Shown here one piece after another: positions 1 through 15,360 of a DNA stretch of 64,000 nt. Under the pieces are notes generated by a model. It saw only the letters and a program-made list of their open reading frames with translations. It did not search any database and was not told where the DNA came from. Both the position numbers and the translations under genes were made by a program. Numbering within the stretch: the first letter of the stretch is position 1; each line of letters starts with the position of its first letter. The DNA comes from the human T2T-CHM13v2.0 reference genome, Homo sapiens: the NCBI RefSeq assembly GCF_009914755.1, contig NC_060937.1; one strand, given 5' to 3'.

Positions 1-3000
1 ACACCAACACTTTCCAAGTAGAGTTACATATCTCTATGTCAAGCAATAATTATTTTCTCATTTCTGGTATTGTTCTAGTTTAACTTACCCCCATGGAAAT
101 TCTTATGGAGTTTCTAAATTTTTGATGTTGATTAATCAGTAAAGTGAGAAGTTCTACTTAAAACCCACCATGAACCAAGTAACCCAGTCTAGGTGATATC
201 TCAACTTCATTTGATCAGTTGACAGGTGTTTGGGTAACAGAATTCCGTAAGAGTTCTTTCTCAGAATAGAAGACTATCTTAGATAAACTATTTTAATACC
301 TTGGGGTAGCTTTTTTTAGTTGGGTACATTTTTATTAGAGAAACTATCTTGAAAGAAAGATCTACTGATTTTCATGCAGAGGTGAAAATGTATTAATTGT
401 GATTGAAATTCAACAGAAGTATTAGCTTTATATCTCTGGGCTTTAGTTCTCAAAGGACTTTCCTACCAATAAGTACTTTCCCATTCTCTCTGACAGGCAA
501 AATTTCTCTTGTCCTTCAAGACTCCAATGTAATTATTATTTTAAAAAAATAAGAAATTGCTCTTTCCATGTAATAGTCTATCCAATAAATATTTTATATT
601 CAAGTGTTTCCCTCATCTGTGAAAACTATCTCAGAACTTCATATAGAGTATTCCTCTCCCTGTGAAAAATCATAGTTGTTAGTGTTCATTTTCACAATAC
701 ACCATAATGCTCTTTCAATTATTAGAGTACTTATCATAGAACAATCTTTGAAACCTAAGCAAGTAAATTGTATCTATTGCACAGAAGATGCTAAATACTG
801 AATAAATGAAAGTAACTCTATTAATTAGAATAAAAGCAATTTCTGAGAGGTTGAGTAATAGTTAAAAATATTATAAGATTATCATTACAGGACACAAGTC
901 TTCTGTCATTTTAATTATTGCTCCATACTCTGAAGAAGCAATTGCAAATGTGTACTAGAATATGTCTCTGTGTATGTGAACACATAACTTACATTTCATA
1001 GTATTTTTTTTGGATTGTTCTTGAAATTACCATTAACATTGATTAGCGATTATCTGCATTAAGAGGAGACATGAAGGATTCTTCTGTTTGGGTGCACCTT
1101 ATGCTCAGATAGAGGACTTAAATAAAGTCAAATTTCAACCATTGTGGGTGTAACATGTTTAAAAGAATATTTTCAAAAAGCTTGTCTGAAATTTGCAAAA
1201 ATAACAATTCATAGAGAGCATGATATAACCATTATGATCATTTTTTGTGTAGTTTATGCTGCCTAAGGAAATTGTGTCCAAAATTGCTCTTTCGTCAGGC
1301 ATTACATTTTAGGAGAAAATAAAGTTATCTAGATTTGAGGCTGCTTAAACGTGGAATGTAAGTACACAAAATTGGAATAGAAGTGAAAATATATACAATA
1401 AAATAAATCCAGTCATTGTTTTATATTTATTAAAGCTTTGGGTAAGTTTAATAAATATTTGTCCGAGGTAAGTATCAGAACTTAAGATATTTTATTGTGG
1501 TCAGCTGTGAATACTCATTGACTTTATTACAGCCTATATTCTTTGAAGACCTATGATTATAATAGAAAGATATTTTAACATCTTCTTAGAAAATGTTATA
1601 TATGCTATCTATATAGAATTTGCTTATTTCTCCAGTCATTTAAATCTAATTCATTAAAAGTTGAATTACTGTTGTATGAAAAGGTTTTAAAATGGATCGA
1701 TTAAGATAGCTGCATTATAAGGATAGAATTTCAGTAAAGCCCAGTAAATTGAACTATCTTTAACTGTGATTTTTTTAAAAGTAATTCATTGAAATAATCA
1801 CTTATATACACACAGAGGAAATGTTGATTGATTTATAAATTAATAGTATATCAGAAAGATTTGGGTTTTAAAAAAGCATCAATTATTTTTAATTATTTAA
1901 TATTTTAAAATTTATTATATAATGCTGATAAAATTGGCACAGAGTCTCACTTGTTTCACGTAATTATTATAGTAGTGGGTAGAAAAATTGTGAGAATATA
2001 CTCAAATACAAAATGCTCTGTGGGCATCTGGTTCAGAAAATAGCCATTTTATTAAAATCATAGCATTGGAAAGAAGTGGGAATGAAAAGATGTCCTTTTA
2101 ATAATAATCAATTTAGTGAAAACATTGTGAAAATTTGTACACAACTAAGTCACAGTATTTTAACATTTACTAAATTTTTTTTAAATAATAAATCCCCTTC
2201 TCATAAAACTTTCTGAAACCAGTTCTTCCTTCTGACTTCCTTTTTCTATTTATTTCATCCAGTGAATAAAATGGAGTCTTGGAGTCATTTTTACCCTTTT
2301 GCTTCTATTATCCTATTTCCCTTTACTTCTTACATCTCAGGGATTTCCAAGGAGCTTTGAAAACAGCAATGTAGAACATGGTAGGTTGGATGAAAAGGCA
2401 GCCTGGAAATATGCAGGAAGTGAATATTTAACGCCTCTGTACACTGAGACTAATTAGTTACAAGAAATATAAGAAAGCCCAGCCAGTTGTACAGCATGCA
2501 GTGCTCAGACAGTGCAGTGGCAGGATGTATCTGGCAGTCCAGATGGGTTCCAGCAGGCAGTGCATTCCAGCAGGCAGCCTCAGAGCAGAGAGTACTCAAA
2601 GATCCAAACCAGGACAAGGGCTTAGAGACAATAGGCATCAAAAGAGACAGGCGGCAGGTGTCAAGCCCCGTTTCAGCAGTGAAACAAAAGCAAAAGCCCA
2701 GAACCTAATAGAACTAATGACATTAATCGCAGTACCCATGATGCTCAGATACTCAGTTCTGATGTTGTTGTTGCTCTGAGCTACTTGACTTAATGCAGAA
2801 TTGCTCAGGTGTCCATTTTAGAGACCTTAGCTTTTCTCTATAGATGAGACCTGAATCATACCCCGTTTTTTTGAAAAGATATTCAGGGTCTTTTTACACT
2901 GTTCTTCCATGTCTTCTGTTGAGAACTGTCAGTTCTGCTATTGTTGAATGTGTCTTAACAAAAATAAAAATTTCCAATGTATTCTTCTCCTATATTAATA

Positions 3001-4204
3001 ATATCTTCAGTGACTATTCTACTTGTACCCCTTTCTTCTTCAATCCAAACTAGGTAATGTTGCCTGATTAATCTGCTGGACAAAGTAAATTCAGTAAATT
3101 CAGTGGCTCAGACTTGTGTACCAAATTAGATGTGAATGTTTCTTTATAACGTTCAAAGTTCTTTAAAATAGAAACTCAATTTACTGCTCAAGCCTCATAT
3201 CTTATTATTCTAGTATCATGTCTTACTCAGCTTTTACATGTAAATTTGCTTCACTTATTCTGAAGAATTAGTATTTACTGAGTTTTTAAATATAGGTTTT
3301 CTAAATTTATTTTGATTTTCTTCTTTCTGCTAAAAATACAATCATAAACTTTAAAACTGCTTTCTTCCAATAAAAGTTTAATCTCTCCATAAATGGTCAC
3401 CTGCTAAGCCAAGTTCTCCGTGTGTCCTTTCATTATCTCCTGATTCCAATAGAAATTTACTTTTTGAGCAGGGTTGGTATGGGGGTGAGATTGTGAACTA
3501 CTTACAGATTTTTCTCACATTTGCCTAAAAACAGTATGGGCTGCTAACATAGGCAGAGCAGTTAGGGAGTAATGAGGTTGGGGGAAGAAGAGAAAAACAG
3601 AACACATTCAATCTATACAACTTCTACTTAACAAAAATTGCTGAAATTTCATTAATAACGCAGAGATTCAGGTCAGCCAATGTGACCTGCAACAAAAATT
3701 CTTATGGACAGGTTTTGCTATGCTTGTTTGAAAACAAATGTATATTACATACATACATACATATATTCACATAGTCATCGGATTGGAGCTGCCTGCTTTG
3801 AATTTCTACAGCTCTGGGCTGCATTTGTTTCTATAATGACATCTGTAGTCAGATTTCTCAAGTTCAGTTCCTTGCCCAGAACTACTTGTTTATTTAATTT
3901 CAAATTTATACTCACACTGCTTTATACTTAGATTTCCATATGTTGTGCCATTCTGTCACTGAGTACAGTATGTGGAGTACAAGGTGTCATATATTTATCT
4001 CATTTCCATAATTTTTCTTATACTTTATTAGTCTGGATACCCATAGTTTGGGGTTTCATGTAATTAAAACTGCAATAATTCTGGTAAATTAGGGAACATG
4101 ATTTAGAACTCTCAAAAAGTACATCCACTTCTAACTTTTACAAAAGTTATGCATTTCAAAGTAAAGATTTTTCATAAGAGTTATGATATCTCAATAGGGC
4201 AATT

Positions 4205-4264
4205 TTAATTAGTTAATGTTTAATTGACATTGAATTAATTAGTTAATGTTTAATTGCCACTGGA
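4205..4264. repeat. 30-bp tandem duplication
   Basis: ttaattagttaatgtttaattg is exact at 4205-4226 and 4235-4256, followed by acattgaa / ccactgga. Confidence 0.85.
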
Positions 4265-6360
4265 AAAAAAATGTATTCTGAAGATAACATTCTCTCCTTC
4301 TCTAGGAGGTCCAAGACATAAATTATAATGCATTAATATGTGGATTTTAGTCAGTGTCAAAGTATAGGGAAAATGGAAGCAAACATTAAAATGCACAGAA
4401 TAAAAGTTAACATCACTAAGGTTAACTGTCATTAATATAACATTTTGGTTTCATGGTGTTCTTCATTACTGTAGTTGTGCCATGCTGTGTGCTTTGAGTA
4501 TTTTAATTTTTAATATATGTCAACATCGCTTCTGACCTCAGGTTTAAATTTCAATTCAAAGCTCTATGATGCAAATACCTTCAAGAACTTCCCAAACATA
4601 AATTCAGAAAGAAACTCCCTTTTAGTTTGAATGTAAACAAATGTTTTCAGGGAAAAATGTTGATGCTATAAATATGATTATTCTTTTATAAAAATACACA
4701 AACTGTTTCATCACAAACAGGCAAAAGTATATTAAAATAACAAAAGCTAACTAGGGTTGATCAACAAAGAAAAAATTGTTTTTACAAGTCGAATCTACAT
4801 TTCTACAGGTTAAAATCCACCAGGAGGCTTTTAATCCAAGGAATAATTTTTTTAATTTAAATCCATAGAAATGTTTGTCAAATTAGACAGTTTTAAACAT
4901 TTATTTATAGTGCTTTTTAACAGTCTTTATTTCCTAATTGTGAATAATAATGTTGGTGAATTGCTACAATTCATTTGAATCTGTCTTTCTTGCATTATAC
5001 AAGAAAAACTCACCAATTTTTAAATTTAAATTTAATTTTTTTCTTACCTAGCAAATTACCAGAGGAAAAAAGGTTGATTTGAGATAAGAGATTGCTTTCA
5101 CAATAAAAATATAATCAGAACGCAAATCCCTGAGTCTGAAGTTGTAAAATGATGTGTGCATGATGGGCAAAAGAGACCTGGGAGAAATTGAAGGTTTCTA
5201 ACAGCAATGCCTGACCTCAGTGGAGTGCTTTTTCACCTGCAAAGTGACACTCGCTTAATCCTCACTGTAGGAAAATTTCAGGGCACGTATCCTTCTCTGT
5301 TAACAATAGGGGATAATTTAGATCAAAAGCTTTCAAGTGTTCTACCTAAAGTCAGGGAGTGATTAAGGCATGGAATAAAAACAAAAACCAAGTTTCTAAA
5401 ATTGCAAGACTGATACTATTTTCATTGCACAAAACATTTTCAACCCTGCATCTCTCCTTAAAAATGTGATAGAAGTAACTTCTTTCTAAATTTATTTCAG
5501 AGGTTTTAAGGGTATAAATAATTTCTGAGAATAAAAGAAATAGCTTTATAATTCAAATTTATTTTAGACATATTATTTACCCTTTAATTTACCTTTTAAT
5601 TGGAGGTTTACATTATTTCTTTAGGACAAAGAAAAATCTTTATCCTTTCTTGCAAACTTTGGTTGATTTGTCTTTACTTTGATCACGGCATAATGGAAAT
5701 GTATAATATTAGAATGTTTTTGTGACTGATAGACTGTGGAAATTCCTTTTTTATGCCTCAGTAGGTTTTAATTTCACTATTTCAATTTCCCAAATTGTAT
5801 TTAGTTTAGAAATACACCATATTGCTTACTGTTCCAGCCCTCTATTAGTTTTTTCAGTGTTGTAACATTGATTGTTTTCTCAGATCTCATTTAGCTAGTT
5901 TCACCCTTGAAAAAGGAAATGCAGTTTCTGTCAATGCTATCTTAGGGTTATCAAAGGGCTAAAAATTTCAGATAAATATCACAGTTTTAGGCAATATTTT
6001 TAAAAATAATAAAGCAATGTGATAGTCTCATGATGGTTTTTATTATCCAAAATTATATTTTTACTTATATGTACCTTCCTATGTTCTGCTAAACATAGAG
6101 AATGCTGTTTTGTTGTGTTTAAATTGATATTTAGTGACATCTTAACCAGTCTTGGGGTGCAGGAATGGAATTGCCTTAGAAGGCTTCCAGTTATTCATGC
6201 TGAACTTCAAAAGATAAGTGGATATTAGGCAGTGGAGGGCAGTGGATATTACATGCAGAGAAGCCAGTTGAACAAAAACACACACATGGAACTTACAATG
6301 AGTCTTGGGCTTTAAAGATCTCCAAAAATATGTAAACGTTAAAGAAACACATTACATGTT

Positions 6361-6503
6361 TGTGCCTCAGTTTCCTCACCTATAAAAAGGTAGTAGTGAC
6401 AGTACCTAAGATGATTGCCACGAAGGGTAAATAAGCTGTTACATGTAAACTGCTTAGAACAATGATGGGTACATAATAAATACTAAATAATTTTTAGCTA
6501 TTA
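6361..6503 (+). mobile_element. MIR SINE fragment (core and 3' end)
   Basis: gcctcagtttcctcacctataaaa core motif, then tgtaaactgcttagaaca...aaataatttttagctatta 3' tail. Confidence 0.75.
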
Positions 6504-7254
6504 TGCTGTCAGATCATCTGTATACAGTTATTGTTACATGATCATATATGCATTCCTGGAATATATTATGTGAAATCACATGCCAAAAATAATACAGCAG
6601 ATAGGAAAAATGGGATTAGTGTTGAACAATTCAATACATTTAGACTTAGTAACCAAAATAATATCAATGCCAATAATAGCACAGTTAAAATCTCCACTGG
6701 TATTTGTACATAGCATTCTAATCAGTGGACTGTTGCAATCTTGAATCCCAGAGCTCTTGCTTATTTCTTTAAGCATGCATTTGTTTCTTATAAAAAACAG
6801 TTCCAATAAAATTAAAAATCTATTTTTAAACTTAACTCTAGATACATGTACAGGAAAACAAATCACTCTTAGATACAGCAGATAATTTAATATAGCAGAA
6901 ACTGAAACTGATCTTGTAAGTCACCAAATTACATTTAAAAAAAACCCACAATTTTGCAGGATTTTCATCTTTTTTTAAAGGCCTGTATGTATTTGTAAGG
7001 TTTTTGTTTTAATTGTGGGAAAAAGCTACCCCTGAACACTGCAAAATACTAAAGAGCTATAAAAATTACATATGAATGAATATAAATTATAAATGAAACA
7101 TCTAATATTTCATTTTGTGTCAACAGTGAGTTAACGTACATTAAAGAACCATACGTTGTAGAAGAATATACTTTATTTCCAAACCTAGACGTGTACTATC
7201 AATAGAGTTTTTTTCTTAAATATTGGAAGTATTTATATTTCTTTCTCCTACTCA

Positions 7255-8475
<1,221 letters not shown>

Positions 8476-9296
8476 TAAATATCAGGTTAAAGAACTGTTC
8501 TGGCCTTCATGGTTCTGTAAAGTGTTTGCACAATCTCCTCTAAAATACTATTAAAGCAATGTAAGATTAGGTACATTGTCTCAGTAAAGTTTCTGACTTG
8601 GAAAGGAAATTAGAATGATTGGGCACTGGGAAGATGATTGGAGGAAGAGGATTGTCTGCATTGAGAGAATGTGGATAAGTCTTGGGGCTTTTTGTTGTTG
8701 ATTTTAATTAATTTTCTGAGTCTAAGGAATATTTGAGACACATTTCCTTCTTTGGTGGACTCTCTATCTCCCATCACTCTTTCATTACGAGAAATTACTC
8801 TTCAGTGATCACCCAGACCATAGAATGTTCTATTGACAAAGGGAATCTGACCTGAACAATAATGGGGAAGCTGTAGCATTGAATTACTTCCTTTAGAATA
8901 TTTATGAACCTCTATAAATCTATATACAGTGTTCCCAGTGGGCTTTTTTCATGATGGAGGTACATGATGAAGGAGGCTGGTGAGACTTTGACGACTGCTG
9001 ATAAAAGAGAATTTAAAGAGGGTATAATTTTAGGATATTTCCATCTATAAACTTAGAAAATGTAAGAATGCCTTCTTTCTATGTAAGAAGAGTTGAGTTG
9101 GTATTCCTTCTCGTATATCAAAAGAAGAGCTTGCCAAGGTAACGGGATTAAGAATATAGGGTCTGGATTCAGATGTTCTGATTGAAAAACCAGTTATAGC
9201 CTTAAAAATTTTTAAACTTTTAAAGAGGTTTACAAACAATTCAAATGAGATGCCTCACATTCTATTCTATTTTATTCTACTTTCCCATCCTATTCT

Positions 9297-9724
9297 TTTT
9301 ATTTTTTAACTTTATTTTAGGTTCAGGGGTACACATGCAGGTTGGCTATATAGGCAAATTGAGTGCTGTGGGTGTTTGATGTACAAATTATTTCACCACC
9401 CAGGTAATAAGCATGGTACCCAATAGGTAGTTTTTCGGCCCTCACCCTCCTCCCACCCTCCGCCCTCAAGTAGGCACCAGTGTCTGTTATTCACTTCTTT
9501 GTGTCCATGTGTACTCAATGTTTAGTTTCCACTTTTAAGTGAGAGCGTGTGGTATGTAGTTTTCTGTTCCTCCTTTAGTTTGCTTAGGATAATGAAAACA
9601 GCCTGAATGTCAATCAATAGTAGACTGAATAAAGAAAATGTAGTATATATACACCATGGAATACTATGCAGCCCTATACAGAATGAGATCACGTCTTTTG
9701 CAGCAACATGGATGGACCTGGTGG
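9297..9724 (-). mobile_element. L1PA15/16-like 3' end with 5' inversion (minus 9297-9594, plus 9595-9724)
   Basis: T tail plus L1 3'UTR on minus, switching to sense ORF2 end (aaagaaaatg...ggaatactatgcagcc). TSD cccatcctattct 9284-9296 / cccatcctatact 9725-9737. Confidence 0.9.
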
Positions 9725-11034
9725 CCCATCCTATACTATACTAAAGATTTATCATCCCATAATCTATTTTCTTTTCTTTTGCAAAGCATTTGTTACCTCA
9801 GCTTTCTTAAAAAAATTATTTCAAAAATGTCTTGCTGACTTCAAAGCTTTAAAGAATAGATATGTGTAAGAAAGGTGCAAATTCATAAATTAATGAATAA
9901 ATAATATTAAATTGGAGACAAATTTTAAAATATTAATTAAATTTTATAACACTTTCATGTTTTTATATTCTAAAATTAGCTTGATCTAATCAATGACAAG
10001 CGGACTTTAATTGGCATTTTTAGTATTACATAAACTTAGTGTATTTACAAAATTTTCTCATGATTAACAAATTTGAGATAATAAATTGCTTGTTTATCTC
10101 TTTCATACACTCATTAAAACACAAATGTTTTAGTATATAATCATTATTTTAGAATCACAATTACATATGACATCTATTCAACTAAATGTATGTAAATAAA
10201 AAATAAACAGTTGTCATTTTCAATGTATTGTAACAAACCAATGACTATATATTCAACACTTAATGACAAAATATATATTCAAATAATTTAATTATAAGGT
10301 TAAAATTTTTAAATCAAATCTTTGATTTTTAAACAAATTTGAGCTGTAAAATATTTTTAACTTTATAATTGCATTGAACTTTAATTCAGAAAACAAAATC
10401 TTAACAAAACAATTTAAATAAGTTCTTAAGGTAAAAAGTTCTCAAATAGGTTTTTAAAATTGGTTTGTTGAGATAAAATTTGCATATCATACAATTACTT
10501 GCAATTCCCATAGCATATTACTTAAACTATACAATACAATGTTTTTAAACATTACATTGATTATAAAGTCAGTGGTTTTTCATATATTCATAAAGTTGCA
10601 AAATCTTCCCCACAATAAATTTTAAAATATTTTTATTATCTGAAAAAGAAACCTTATACCCATTAGCTGTCACTTCCCATCCTAACCCCTCTTTTTCAAA
10701 TCTTGACAACCACTAATGTACCTACTGTTTCTGTAGATTTCTAGACATTTCATATAAATGAAATCATTCAATACTTGCTCTTTTGTTACTGATTGCTTTC
10801 CCTCTTTGAGGTGTTTTCAAGGTTCTTACACTTTGTAGCATGTATCAATACCTAATTTATTTTTACTGGTGAATAATATTTCATTATATAGAAATACAAC
10901 ATTTTGTTTATTCGTTCATTAGTTTATATACTTTTGAGTTGTTTTCACTTTTTGGCCATTGTGAATAATACTGCTATGAATTTCATGTATAAATTTATAC
11001 AAATATATATATTACAAAGTTTCCAGTTGCATTC

Positions 11035-11809
11035 TGATATGGACAAAAGACAGGGAAATACTGGATGGAAGAGGGCAGTTACCTGGAAAAGGCCCCATCA
11101 CCAAGCCTGGAAACCTGCGGCCCTAAATGAAAATAGGCATTCCTATTTTTGCCCCCAGATGTAGCCTTTTGCGCCCCCCACCCTCCATCCTATACACATA
11201 TAAACCCCAAACCCCAGGCGCCATGAGCAGAGACGAGTTGAGGAGCAGACTAACAGAAGGGCAGAGGAGCAGAAGGGTGGTGTAGCAGAGAAGGTGAGAA
11301 GAAAAGGAACCTCTGAATATTGAGAGGAGTTCGGCTAGGGAGGGTCAGAGAGGAGATCAGCCATGGGACAACTGAACTCCAGGTGAAGATCATCTTCCCG
11401 CTGCATCCTCTTTCCATTTCCCCATCCATCCCATTGAGAGCCACTTCCATCACCCAATAAAATCCCACATTCACCATCCTTCAAGTCCGTATGTGACCTG
11501 ATTCTTCCTGGACACCAGACAAGAACCCGGGTACCAAGAGGGCACTGAGCTGGTTAACACTTAAGCTGCTTGTGGATGGCAGAGCTAAAAGAGCACTGTA
11601 GCAAGCCTGCTGGGGCTTGAAGAGTCACAGGCACACACCCCTAGACGTCAACGTGGGGCCAGAGCCCAGAACTACTCGTCCCCACTCCCGCCCCTGTCCA
11701 TCTGTCTGCTCCCCTTCCTGTGAGGAGTTTGAGCAGTGGCGGAGGCTGAGCAGATGAGCTCCACCCCTGTCACATATCCTGCAAGGGAGGTCAGGGAACT
11801 CTCCTTTCA
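11035..11809 (+). mobile_element. Solo LTR, LTR1 family (ERV1)
   Basis: TG...CA termini; start tgatatggacaaaagacagggaaatactgg and end gtcagggaactctcctttca match the recalled LTR1 consensus. TATAAA 11199, AATAAA 11456, 4-bp TSD ATTC at 11031-11034 / 11810-11813. Confidence 0.88.
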
Positions 11810-12002
11810 ATTCTTTTACATGTAGATGTCCCATTTTCCCGGTATCAATTGTTGTAAAGGTGATTATTCTATTGAATGGTCTTGGCACTCTCATCAAACT
11901 CAATTGACCATAAATGAGAAGGATGATTACTGGATTCCCACTTCTATTCCATTTATGTACATGTTCATCCTTATCATAGTCTGTATTTCTATAGATTTGT
12001 AG

Positions 12003-12380
<378 letters not shown>

Positions 12381-12980
12381 TGATTTGATAATCTTAAGCC
12401 CTTTGCATTTCCATATAAATTTTGGGATCAGCTTTTCATTTTCTGAGAAAATTCTAGCTGGGATTTTTACAGATATTTTATTGAATCTTTATATCAATGT
12501 GGGAAGTATTGATTTCTTAACAATCTTCTGATCTAGGAATATGAAGTGTCTTTCAATTTATTTAGGTCTTTAAATTGTTTTCAGTTATGTTTTGTATTTT
12601 TCAGTGTATAATTATTGTGCTCATTTTGTTAAATTTATGTATGTTTTATTATTTTTCACGTTATTGTAAATAAAAATACTTTCTTAAATACATTTATGCA
12701 TTATTCATTGTTAGTGTATAGACATATAACTTTTTCCTACTGGCTATACCAAGCCTTTTTATACTTATGAAAAATAAGTGTAATAATTAAATGGGCTTTA
12801 TATATACAACCCACTGGAAGCCAAATCCTGTTTGAAGAGATGCAGAATAAAAAAGCAAATTTTTGGTTTATCCAAGATCCCAGTATCCAAGCTCTTCACA
12901 GTTTCTATTATATTTTTAATAATTCCTTTTAAACCCTATAAAATACACACTCATATGCACACATTGTTAGTGAAATAACC

Positions 12981-13026
12981 ATTCTAAATTATTCTAAAAT
13001 ATTCTAAATTGTTCTAAATAAATTCT
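12981..13026. repeat. 10-bp tandem repeat (attctaaatt) x ~4.5
   Basis: attctaaatt attctaaaat attctaaatt gttctaaata aattct. Confidence 0.8.
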
Positions 13027-14959
13027 TGGTTAATTACACTTTTGAAAAATTAGCTCCTATTGGTATGATTTGATGTATTATATTGCCCCACGTCTTTTAT
13101 TTTTTAAAATGTCTGTTGAGCACTAAATGCAGCTATCATAAGAAAATTGTCTACAATCATTTGTTTTCTTTAATATATGTTTAATTTCCTAGGCCTTGTG
13201 AAAAATATTAGATATTGTTCTCTTATCTGTTTTTAATTAATCCCAAAGACCAGCCATGCTGATCTTGATTTATAAGGAAACATAGAGTTGTGATTGTGTG
13301 TGTATATAATTTCTTCGTCACACATACATATGTATGTATGTACACATATACACCCTCATGTAAATATTTCCTTCATCTAATCTTTTGAAAGGGACACAGA
13401 ATCTCTGTCAACATTTGGCAGCTGGTTTGTTTCTGGGGGTTTTGACTTTAAATCTATGTATGATTTTTAATTATAATTTTACCACTCAATGAACCTCACA
13501 ATGGCAACATTTTAGCATCTATCTACAATGACAGATGGCAAACTAATGAAGCCTGTTCTACTTGCATACTGATATCATTCCTACATAGCACTTCTCTGAT
13601 CCTTAGAGAGGTCAAAGAGCAAGTTTTATTTATCTTCTTTGTTACATTTGGTTCTAAAAAATCATGAGGCTGATTATTAGAGAATATACATTTTACACCT
13701 CATAATTACACTCAATAATGTATGTTTCATACGTTTGACTGATACAATTGAAAAAATTTGGGGTGTCTGAAACGTGTTTTAACAATTAGAAATTTTAAAT
13801 GCTGTGTTGGGTTAACCTCAATTCTTTTTCAGAATATTAAGTATGTCTTCTTCCTAAAACAAAAAATATACTTTTGCCATTTTTAAAAATATAAACACAT
13901 ACACACATATGTACATATCTACATATAATATACATACATTTAAAATTCATACATACATTTTTTTGATAATTGTTTATTAAAAATGTATTCTATTAATAAC
14001 TTGTAAGTGCCTAAGATCTTTTCTGAGGCCTATGCAAGCTTTTACATTTTAAAGACCAATCCATTTAGCACTCATTTTAATCTTGAGATGGCCTAAAATT
14101 TATCTCCATATCAGTGAACATTCTCAGAAGCAAATCATCATTAAATGAAATGAGTTTCATGTGAGGAGGGGCCTTATCTAGCTTGTCCATCACTATTCTT
14201 TACAATGGTTGGCATAGTGTAGCTTGTTCATTACATAATGAAATAATCTCCTTAATATTCACTTTATCTTGATACATTTTTATCCTTTTTAAATGCTGGT
14301 CAAAGGAATAATTTTGTACAATGTAAAGGTCATGAGAAGAGTGCAAAACTAACTTGAAGTTTTTCAGTTATTGAATCAAGATAGCTTAAGTCAGAATGAC
14401 AGATTGTAGATATTTCTAATATATAATTAAAATAATGTTTATCAAATTACATTTTAAACTTATAGCAGAATAAAATATGCTAATTCATTTGTTGCTATTT
14501 TATTTCAATATTATGCTTTTGTCCTGGTGATCATATATAATGTCAGACATAGAAAATTATTTATTTCTTTTTTTCACTTAACAAAGACATTTTCTTTGTC
14601 ATCTTTTTTATTTAGCATTTTTTGATGTTCATGTATGTTATTGCTTTTTCTTCCCTCTTTACAGACTAGCTTTGTGAAATAATTATTTCCAATTTCTCAC
14701 ATTCCTTTTTTCTGCATGTCTAAAAACATACTATTTTACAGAAATTGTGCTCCCTGAAGTCACCATGGGCCTTATCAATTACCATTAAGCAACAGATTAC
14801 ACCAAATCTACCTACCTGTCCTCTGTGATAGATATTATGACTGTCTTTCTGACATTGCTTCCAATACTCCAAGTCTGTTTGAAATATGTTCCCATTCTCA
14901 GCTGCTGAAAGGAGCCATGGTTATCTGAACCCAATAAAGTTAATTTCACTCACTCTGCA

Positions 14960-15360
14960 CACAGGTCTGGCAGATTGTTGCGTGGCATAGTGCTTGCAAA
15001 ACAGATTGGCTCATAAAAATGATCCAAATCTTAAAAATCAGAAGTGAGGAGAACTTTGATGGATATTTTTGGAGAAGAAGTCATCTCACTCTTCAAAGAG
15101 AGTCAGAGAACACTTTTCTTTTGGATGTGGTCATGTGCAGATAAAAATCCTGGAATTGCTACAGCCATGAAGACAAACATTATTGGGAAACTGTACCAAA
15201 AAAAAGGTAAATGTAGGAGTGAATATACCAAAAGCAAGCCATAAGGAGAGGAAAAAAAAATCAGTATTTGGATAGAATATTAAGAGAAGACATATGGACA
15301 TATTTTGGTTGAAGAGTTTTTAAAACAGAAAAAAAATTATATCTCAGCTTGATCCACTTT
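14960..15360 (+). mobile_element. Ancient ERVL-type LTR fragment (LTR16/LTR33-like)
   Basis: tttggatgtggtcatgtgcagataaaaatcctggaattgctacagccatgaagacaaacat resembles the LTR16/33 core; very diverged. Confidence 0.4.

Noticed and set aside
1440-1474. Two consensus donor sites (G|GTAAGT)
   Set aside because: There is no convincing upstream acceptor or exon; such sites are expected by chance.
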